Shown piece after piece: positions 45,414 through 53,500 of a stretch of DNA of 64,000 nucleotides (positions within the stretch are counted from its first letter, which is position 1; each line of letters starts with the position of its first letter). Source of the stretch: Planctomycetia bacterium (GTDB lineage Bacteria; Planctomycetota; UBA8108; UBA1146); the NCBI GenBank assembly GCA_012269595.1, contig JAAXJX010000005.1, positions 143,472-207,471 of the forward strand, given 5' to 3'. The notes under the pieces are model-generated. The model was not told the DNA's origin. It did not search any database and saw only the letters and a list, made by a program, of their open reading frames with translations. Position numbers and translations under genes: made by a program.

Positions 45414-46373
45414 TCAGATCAGCTGAATCAACCACCAACAGTATGTTCCAAACAACAATACTCCGACGGCTTTAACGGGCAGCCTGCCCTTGATCAGTGT
45501 ACCAAGCAAGATCAGTGATCCTGTCATGGCTGCCATCACGATCAAATCCACTGAGAGAGCACTGATGTTCAGGGGGAGGGGAGCGACAACAGATGCCGCT
45601 CCGATGATGGCAATCGTGTTGAAGATGTTTGAGCCGACTATGTTGCCCAGAGCGATCCCGGTTGATCCTTTTCGGAGAGCCACGATAGAGGCAAAGAGTT
45701 CAGGTGCACCGGTTCCCGCTGCAACGACGGTAAGACCCACGACAGTTTCACTGATACCAATCAATTGAGCGAGATTGCTGGCGCCTGATACAAGAAGGTC
45801 TGCTCCGATCCATAGGCCGAGCATTCCAGAAACAAGTTTCAGATAGGTTTTCAAAGCACTTTCGTCTGAAAGAAGTTCGTCAATATCCGGGCCTGCTCCT
45901 TGCGCCCTTCCGCGCAAAAAGTTCAAGACCAGCAATACGGCGAAGATCAGTAAAAGAAGGCTTCCTTGAGAAACGTCAAGCTTGGCCACTCCGTCGGAGT
46001 CCTGCATACCATAGATCAGTCCAAGAAATCCAAGGGTGAGCAATGTGAGAACCCTGATTTCTGTCTTGCCTCCGACGAGCCCTTTTTGATCCTTCCAGAT
46101 AAAGATCAGGCCCAAAACGACTCCAATATTGAAGATGTTGCTACCGATCACATTTCCCAGAGTCAATCCTGAACTGCCCTCTACCTGGGCGATGACGGCT
46201 ACCACGAGTTCAGGAAGGGAGGTGCCTGCAGCAACGACAGTCGTTCCCATGAAGATGGGGGAGAGATTCCAACGAGTTCCGAGATTGACCGCTGCGCCGA
46301 TCAGCCAGTCTCCAGCGAACATGAGGAGCAGGAGTCCAGCCAGTAACGAGGAAATCGCATAAAACCAGTCCAT
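45414..46373 (-). CDS. Ca2+/Na+ antiporter, CaCA (YrbG-like) family
   Basis: Two alpha-repeats: GTSLPELVVAVIA...GNVIGSNIFNIGVVLG and GTGAPELFASIVA...GNIVGSNIFNTIAIIG. Confidence 0.88.
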   Translation of the reverse strand: MDWFYAISSLLAGLLLLMFAGDWLIGAAVNLGTRWNLSPIFMGTTVVAAGTSLPELVVAVIAQVEGSSGLTLGNVIGSNIFNIGVVLGLIFIWKDQKGLVGGKTEIRVLTLLTLGFLGLIYGMQDSDGVAKLDVSQGSLLLLIFAVLLVLNFLRGRAQGAGPDIDELLSDESALKTYLKLVSGMLGLWIGADLLVSGASNLAQLIGISETVVGLTVVAAGTGAPELFASIVALRKGSTGIALGNIVGSNIFNTIAIIGAASVVAPLPLNISALSVDLIVMAAMTGSLILLGTLIKGRLPVKAVGVLLFGTYCWWLIQLI

Positions 46374-46382
46374 TGAAACCCC

Positions 46383-47525
46383 TTAGAACGGTGCAAAGAG
46401 AATGCTGAAGAAAGCCGTTACAGGTTCCTGTTCTCGAAGGTCTTCCGTGGAATCACGCAAGAGAGTCAGAGTCTCCCTCGCATCATTGAAGAGGCTGGGG
46501 TCCTTGATCAAACTGTGCAAGGTTCCTGGACCATTGTTGATGTCCTGGCTGATTTGCGAAATTGCACCGATTGCTGACGCCACTTCATCACCGAGCTTTT
46601 TGCTGTGTATCAGGCGTGCAAGCATACCGGCACCCTCTGGCCCCAGTTCTTCTGTGACCTTGCTGATTGACCGCATCGATTCTCTCACTGTGGTGACAAA
46701 CTCCTCGTCATGAATGACGGCTCCGAGGAGTCCCCTTGCATTGGCAATGGCATCGAGTGAAACGGTCAAGTCACCAATCGTTTTCTTGAGATTTTCCCGG
46801 GTTTCACGGTCCTTGAGGAGGAGGCCCAGCGTACCCTCGCCTGCTTCGATCGCGCCCATTTCCGAGTCGACCCTGCTCAGGACACGATTGAATTGAACCT
46901 GTTGATCAGATCCCTCCAGAAGCAGAGATCCCACGAGCCCTTCGCCGGCTTTGAGTCGTGCGGTCAGGATCTCCAGATTTTCTACGGAGTTGAGAAACTG
47001 TGTTTTGGCTTTGTCGCTGGTCAACAAGCCACCAAAGATACCTTGGCCGGAATCCAGTTTCTGAAGCAGGCTGGACAGGGATGAAAGCCCGTCTTCGATG
47101 CTGCCTCGGGTGTTGTTAAGAAGGTCTCCCACTTCACCGAGAACGTCTCCTCCAGCCAAACCGCGCAAGTCATCAGTGGCGACCAGGTCTCCCACACCAG
47201 GGGTGTATCGCAGGTAGGTTCCCCCCAAAGCACTCGCAGGAAGGATTTTGAACTCATAACCTTCCCGAGGCTCGAGATTCTGACCGAGTTGAATGGTGGC
47301 TACGGCGAGATCCCGTTGGGGATCGAGAACGATCTTGTCGACGACCCCGGAGCGAAGCCCGCGGATCCTGACCGGATCCCCGGCTTTCATCCCTGACACG
47401 TCTTCGAAGCCGACATTGAGTGTCAGTGCAGATCCTGAAGGGTACTCCTGCAACATGAAGGTCAGTGCACCTACCAGGGTCAGGGCCAGTATGAAAATCC
47501 CACCGACAAGAAAGTCTCTGCTCAT
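46383..47525 (-). CDS. mlaD: MlaD/MCE-family substrate-binding protein with an extended C-terminal repeat region
   Basis: N-terminal TM helix plus the MCE domain (FEDVSGMKAGDPVRIRGLRSGVVDKI). The 380 aa include six G-x-G-h-h-G-x-L-h repeats. Confidence 0.8.
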   Translation of the reverse strand: MSRDFLVGGIFILALTLVGALTFMLQEYPSGSALTLNVGFEDVSGMKAGDPVRIRGLRSGVVDKIVLDPQRDLAVATIQLGQNLEPREGYEFKILPASALGGTYLRYTPGVGDLVATDDLRGLAGGDVLGEVGDLLNNTRGSIEDGLSSLSSLLQKLDSGQGIFGGLLTSDKAKTQFLNSVENLEILTARLKAGEGLVGSLLLEGSDQQVQFNRVLSRVDSEMGAIEAGEGTLGLLLKDRETRENLKKTIGDLTVSLDAIANARGLLGAVIHDEEFVTTVRESMRSISKVTEELGPEGAGMLARLIHSKKLGDEVASAIGAISQISQDINNGPGTLHSLIKDPSLFNDARETLTLLRDSTEDLREQEPVTAFFSILFAPF

Positions 47526-47543
47526 GAGACCTCATTTCTATCT

Positions 47544-48311
47544 TCAATCATTCGAACTCCCGTCGAGGAGTCCTCTGCTGAGAGGCCCGGAGATTTGCCC
47601 CTCCAGAAACTGGCGAACCGCAGGGTCTGCAGAGTCGCGGAAATCATCCACATTTTCGAGGGCATGGATCTGACCTTCATGAAGCAGGGCAATCCTGTCT
47701 GCCACCTCGAAAGCGGAGTTCATATCATGGGTCACCAGCACCTGGGTGATCCCCGTGGTTTTCAATCGATTGACAAGCTTGTTGATGATGCTGGAGGAGA
47801 TGGGGTCGAGTCCGGAGGTGGGCTCATCGTGCAGCACAATCTTGGGATGGCTCACGAGGGCCCTTGCGAGTCCGGCTCTTTTGCGCATGCCTCCCGAGAT
47901 TTCTCCTGGAAGTTTGTCTCCATGTTGGTCAAGTTCCACTTCCCTGAGTGCGTCTTTCACTCGCTGATCAACTTCACTTTTCGCGAGTTTGTGGGTTTCC
48001 AGAAGGGGGAGTGCCACGTTTTCTGCGATGGAGAGCCAATTCAGAAGCGCACCATCCTGAAACAGATAACCGACCTGACTGCGAACTGCCGCCAACTGGT
48101 CCGTCGATGTTTCGGTGAGACTCTTCCCGAGGACTTCTACGCGTCCGCTATCCGGTTGCATCAAGCCAACGATGTGACGCAGGGTAACGCTCTTGCCCGT
48201 TCCTGATCGGCCGAGGAGGACCAGAGTCTCACCTTCTTCAATCGTGACGCTGAGGTTTGAAAGAATCGTTCGCCCGGAGAGGACCTTGGTGACATTTTCA
48301 AGTTGAATCAT
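47544..48311 (-). CDS. mlaF: ABC transporter ATP-binding protein, MlaF type
   Basis: GRSGTGKSV (Walker A), ISGGMRKRAGLARAL (signature), IVLHDEPTSGLD (Walker B). ATG 48311 forms an ATGA overlap with the mlaE stop. An alternative ATG lies at 48326. Confidence 0.88.
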   Translation of the reverse strand: MIQLENVTKVLSGRTILSNLSVTIEEGETLVLLGRSGTGKSVTLRHIVGLMQPDSGRVEVLGKSLTETSTDQLAAVRSQVGYLFQDGALLNWLSIAENVALPLLETHKLAKSEVDQRVKDALREVELDQHGDKLPGEISGGMRKRAGLARALVSHPKIVLHDEPTSGLDPISSSIINKLVNRLKTTGITQVLVTHDMNSAFEVADRIALLHEGQIHALENVDDFRDSADPAVRQFLEGQISGPLSRGLLDGSSND

Positions 48312-49087
48312 GACAGATACCACCATGACAGGTAGTAACCAAGAATGATCACGAGAAGGAAAGTGATGACGACGGCTCTTCGTGCAGCCTCGCCGACTCC
48401 GGTAGCTCCACCCCGTGTCAGCAATCCCTGAGTTGAGCCGACTGTTGCAATGGTGATTCCAAAGACCACAGATTTGATCAACCCAATGTGGACATCCCCC
48501 AATTGAAGGTTCTCAAGGGCATCATTGGAAAAGGCGATCCAGGTCACTCCAAAATTGTTTGCGGCAACGATGCTGGCACCCAGGATTCCGATAAAAGCTG
48601 CAAAGATGGTCATGACCGGTGTCACCAGAGTGAGCGCAATCAAGCGGGGAAGAACCAGAAACTTGACGGGTGAAATGGACATGATCTCCAGGGCATCGAT
48701 CTCCTCGGAGACTTTCATCGTACCGATTTCAGCAGCGATACCACTGCCAAGGCTTGCCGTCAAAATGAGCGCAGTCATGAAAGGGCCCATTTCCCGAATC
48801 ATGGAAATGGCGACGATACGCCCAATGAGATTTTCCTGCCCCAGAGAAGCGAGGGAGTCGCCTCCGTTGAGTGCGAGGATCATTCCAGTGAAGAGTGCGA
48901 CCACCGCGGTCACGGTGAAGGAACCCAGGGTGTAGGTGAAGATGAGATTGAGGCAATCTCTCATGCGCCTGCGGGTGAACAGATGAGGGAGGTTCAGTAT
49001 CGTCCTGCAAAGCAGAACGAGACCGTAACCGGTAGTCTCGGCACTGCGTCCGAGAAAATGCCCAAGGGCTTCAATCCAGCCCGTCAT
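48308..49087 (-). CDS. mlaE: ABC transporter permease, MlaE type
   Basis: 259 aa, multi-TM. IREMGPFMTALILTASLGSGIAAEIGTMKVSEEIDALEIMSISP is the MlaE signature. Confidence 0.88.
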   Translation of the reverse strand: MTGWIEALGHFLGRSAETTGYGLVLLCRTILNLPHLFTRRRMRDCLNLIFTYTLGSFTVTAVVALFTGMILALNGGDSLASLGQENLIGRIVAISMIREMGPFMTALILTASLGSGIAAEIGTMKVSEEIDALEIMSISPVKFLVLPRLIALTLVTPVMTIFAAFIGILGASIVAANNFGVTWIAFSNDALENLQLGDVHIGLIKSVVFGITIATVGSTQGLLTRGGATGVGEAARRAVVITFLLVIILGYYLSWWYLS

Positions 49088-49180
49088 TCTGCTCCATTCC
49101 CCGCGAGCGATCCTTGATTGGGGGGTGCTCCCCTCCGACGAACCGCTTTTGTTCCCCTGACAGGAGTAGAACCCCTGTTT

Positions 49181-50509
49181 TCAGAACTGAATGTACATGA
49201 GACGCCACCGGGTGTCATCTGATCGCGGGTCCCGTTCCTTCGACAGGAGCCCACCCAAGAGCGAGAACTCGATCTGATCCGAGGATTTTCTCGTATTCAG
49301 GAATCCCCACAGGAGCTCAAAATCCCAGCCTTCGCTGGAGGACTTCCAGCGGGCCAGTTGAGTCGAGCGTCCATGGGACCACTCAAAGCCCCGTGGGGCA
49401 TCAAAAGGAAGCAACGCCGGAAAGGAGCCCCGGGTTTCACCACGTTCATCTGTTTTCCAGCGGCCAAGAGGCCATAAGAGCCGGTCAGACCGAGTTCCAT
49501 CGGCTTTGGAGGTGTCGTCAATGGATCGCCAGAAGGGGAAGAGCCTGCGAACCTCACGGGTTTTTTCCCCGGCCGTTTGTGATTCCCACTGCCAGAGGGG
49601 CCACAGGGTAAAGCCGGTGGACAAACCCTCCTGTTTATGAAAACCCCAGAAGGGGTAGAGTTCGATCCGGTTCCACTGACCGTTTCGTGTGCCAATGGTC
49701 CAGGGAAGAAATGTCCAGGAGGAGACCCCTGCTGCCGTATTGTGTTCTTCCCACCAAAACGGAAATGCAATCGATCGGAGTATTCTGTCTCTGCTTTCGA
49801 TTTGTCCAATGAATGGCCAGATCCACCACGAATGAACGGGGTTATCGGTGTCGAGTCGACTGGCCTTTTCGTTCCAGAAGGGCCACATGATAGTGCGTGA
49901 TTGATCCCTGATTTTGCCATCGACGGTGAAGCCCGTTGATTCGCCATAAAATGGAAAGACTCTCCATCCTTTTCTCAGCGGACCATCATCGAGGCCGGCA
50001 ATGGGAAAAAGATAATGCTCGGCGATCTGACTGCGATCCTGGAGTCTTGCCCAGAGTGGGAAGAGGAGGTAATCGATCCTGTCTTTGCCGAGCAATCCGC
50101 GGATAGTTCCGCCAAGAGGGCCCAAAGCAAGGTAGTCACCTTCTTTGGGATCGGTGCCCCAAAGGACGAGGGGAAGAATGAATCCATCGACATCCCAGCG
50201 CCCATCGGCATGCTTGTGAGCCGATCGGTGGTAGATGGGAAGTAACCACGTTTGATTCTCATTCTCTTCAACCCGATTCATGTAGATCGGCCAGAGTACA
50301 CGGGTTTCACTGAGCGACTCACTTTTTGCGGTTGAGAAAAAGGGCCACCAGTGGCGCGATTCGAGGGTTTCACCATTCGAAAGTGTCTCTGTGCGTTCCA
50401 GATAAAATGGAGGAAATCCCCGCTCTGCATCCGCAGTTGTGGTGCACCCACACAAGAAGAGTGTGAGGAGACACGGCAAAGTTAGAATACCCGAGTTGAA
50501 TCGCGTCAA
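49181..50509 (-). CDS. Lipoprotein with about 11 repeated aromatic-Pro motifs (h-W/F/Y/L-P-h-h) and a terminal Phe; unknown family
   Basis: TTG start. LTLFLCGC lipobox. Repeats LWPIY, LLPIY, LFPLW, LFPIA, VFPFY, MWPFW, IWPFI, AFPFW, LYPFW, LWPLW, LFPFW, LWPLG. C-terminus RLMYIQF-stop. Confidence 0.55.
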   Translation of the reverse strand: MTRFNSGILTLPCLLTLFLCGCTTTADAERGFPPFYLERTETLSNGETLESRHWWPFFSTAKSESLSETRVLWPIYMNRVEENENQTWLLPIYHRSAHKHADGRWDVDGFILPLVLWGTDPKEGDYLALGPLGGTIRGLLGKDRIDYLLFPLWARLQDRSQIAEHYLFPIAGLDDGPLRKGWRVFPFYGESTGFTVDGKIRDQSRTIMWPFWNEKASRLDTDNPVHSWWIWPFIGQIESRDRILRSIAFPFWWEEHNTAAGVSSWTFLPWTIGTRNGQWNRIELYPFWGFHKQEGLSTGFTLWPLWQWESQTAGEKTREVRRLFPFWRSIDDTSKADGTRSDRLLWPLGRWKTDERGETRGSFPALLPFDAPRGFEWSHGRSTQLARWKSSSEGWDFELLWGFLNTRKSSDQIEFSLLGGLLSKERDPRSDDTRWRLMYIQF

Positions 50510-50566
50510 AAAATCCCCAGTTCCCCAAATCCCCAGTACACCAATATCAGGATTACCCTGATATCT

Positions 50567-53500
50567 TCAGCGAACCAGCCGAATCGGCAAGAGTAAATCC
50601 GGGCAACAGCCTTCCCAAAGACGGTCCATCACTTTGTGGAGGACCATTCCGGGAGTCAAGCCAAGATACTTTGTCGCTCCACTTCCGGTGTCGTCGTCGG
50701 TAATCGCGACACCCAGACGCATCTTCAGGCCTGGCCAGGGGCTGGAAACCGTTTCTCCCCTTTGAGTGAGGATGGAATCCCACGGAATGGTCATTTCATA
50801 AGTGACACCCATGCGGTCGGCCCTTCTGAGGACGACATGTTCCCCTTCCGGCTCTTCCGCATCGTCCTCATCTTCCGGGAAGGGCATTTCTTCTCCGGAT
50901 TCTCCTTCGGGATTTTCAGGATTCTCGGCTTCGGGATCCTCCTGCTGGCGTGGGGGGACGAAAGCCAATGTCAAAACCTGATCATCGTTGCGTGGAGTCT
51001 GTCCTCCATCACCAAGGGTGTCGAGAATCAACAGAAGGCAATCTCCGGTCCAGGTATGGGAATCACGATCGTGGACGGTGATGTGATCATCCTCGACTTC
51101 AATCGCAATATGCAGACCACTTTCAGTCCAGCCGAGAAACATCTTTGCGGACAGATCCATGTGGTCATTCCAGGGGATCTTGATCTCTCCGATACCCTGC
51201 AAGCTTCGTACAAATCGGGGGGTCTCCATGGACAAGCCCGCTGTCGCTTCCCATGGCTCAGAGAGTGAACCATCAATCACGGGTTGGATGGGCATGTAGG
51301 GGACCCTGATCTCCTCCAGTCCAGACAATGCTCGCAAGCGTTCGAGAGATTCCAGTTCCCAGCTGGCGTCTTTTTTTATCTGCAATGGCTGATTGGTTGT
51401 TTTGATCAGAGATTCCCGGATTTCCACCTGGTGGGCCAGCGTGTCCTTCTGGAGCAAGCCCTGAGTCAGGGTCATTTCGGAGACACCCAGTGAATGGAGG
51501 AGATCGAACCAATCCTCTGTATCTTTTTTCAGCGGTTGTCTCGCATGGAAAGCGGCCGAGCCCCTGGCGCAGACGACAATCAGCTGGTCACCAAGAATCG
51601 TGGCGCCGTGCAGTCTGCCTAGGGGGCGGGTGTAATGGGTGACCACTTCCAGGCCATTTTTCTGGGAGAGAGGAGTCCCGGTATATCGATCAAGAATGGA
51701 GAGGTCTCCCCTCAATCGATCGACCACGAGAAGCCAGGGGCCATGTTCCACCAGTTCAACGGCGTCGTAGGCGGGGACGAGATCCCGAGTCCAGAGAAGT
51801 TCTGCTTCGGGGACGGTTTGAATCGTTGAAGTTTCCGGAGTTTTGAGGCAAAGGAGGCTTCGTTCCGTGAAACCATCGCAGAGGACGAGGAGTTCCTGTC
51901 CCAGTGATTTGACGGCGACGATCCTTCGCAACTCCTGAGGCAGTTTCCTCTGCCAACTTGGATCTCCGGATTCAAAATTGATTCCCATCAGAGTGGGATC
52001 CTGTTCAGTCCAGTACATTCGGGCTATGACCTGTTGTTGGTCCAGCGAGAGGTAGATGTCTGAGACAGGGGAGGGAGTTCTGAACTCCCAAAGAGTGAGA
52101 CCGTCGGCGTCTTTACGGGTGATCAGTCCCCCTTCGGTACCATACAGGCAACCGTCGGCAGCGAAGACAGGAGCGTTGGCCAAACCGGGGACATCTCCCT
52201 TCAGTTTCCAACTGTGAAGGACTGCACCATCCCCAAGATTGCGGATTTCCACTTTGTCGGGAATCGAATATCCCAATAGCACCTGTCCATTTTGAAGGGC
52301 AGGGGTATCGATCAGGATTCCAGAATCGGCGATAGACCACCGAGTTTGACCATCTTCCGGATTGAGATGGTAGAGGCGCCGTGAATCAGAGACAGCAATG
52401 ATCGCCTCATGATTACTGACGCAATGAACCCAGATTTGCTGATCTGCAGTGAAATCCCCTGAATCTGTCGAAGGAAGTGGGGGGACCGATTTTTTCCAAA
52501 CCAGTCGTCCCGAATCGAGATCGATTTTGAAAATGTGGTTTTTGTTCCACAACAAAAGACCTTCAGCATGCAGTCCGAGAAGTTGACATGCTTGACGTTG
52601 GCGATTGAGGAAGATGCCCCCTCGAACCGTGGGAGCAGATTCTTCAAGATCGAACTTCCACAATGATTTTCCCTGACGGCTGTCAATGAGGCGTGCTCCA
52701 TTGGCAGTCAAAATCAGATACCGCAAATCCTCCTCGTAACCCGGAAAAGTATTCAGCGAGTGAAGCGTCGTCGCCCGAAGTTGTTCAAGGTCGAGCCTTC
52801 CGGTCCATGAAATTTCCAGAGGCAAACCGGGGACTTCGGGGATTTTCAGTTCCGGATCTGGAATCTGCTTTTTCAGTTCATCGAGTCTTTGTGACAGGGT
52901 AGAGGTCAGGGTTTCACCATCCAGTGTGCGGGTCAGCAGCCGATTGCCATGATCTCTGCGTAATTCTTCAATAACCGCGAGGGCTTTACGTCGTTGTCCC
53001 TGTTCTCTGAGGACTTCCGCTTTGCGGAGTCGTGCGACCACACTCTCGTCGCTTCGGGATTCTCGTAAAATCAGAAGATCCAGTTGTTGCAAAGATGCTT
53101 CGAGGTCCTTGGCTCTGTAGAAAGCCTCAGCAGCCCTGAGGCGGGCCAGCCTTCCGGTGGGAGTACCGGGATGAGAGGTGGCCAGAGTGCGCAACCTTTC
53201 CGGTGTCTGACTGTCGAGACTGGCCAGGTGATCCCGGGCACGAGCTTCCCGTTTAAGGATTCTCTCCTGATTTCCCGGCTTCATATCCAATTGAAGCAAC
53301 AGTCCGGTGAATGCATTTTCAGCGCTGATCGATGGGCCTGTTTTCAGCGTCACTTGCACTTCACGAAGTCTTTGCACCGGCTCCGTCAGCAACAATTGGC
53401 AGATCTTGTCTGCGGTTTCGATCGCCTCATTTTGAAGAGCATTGACGGCTCTCTCCCAGCCGATACGAATTCGTTGGCGGCTGGTGTTTTCGGCACTGAT

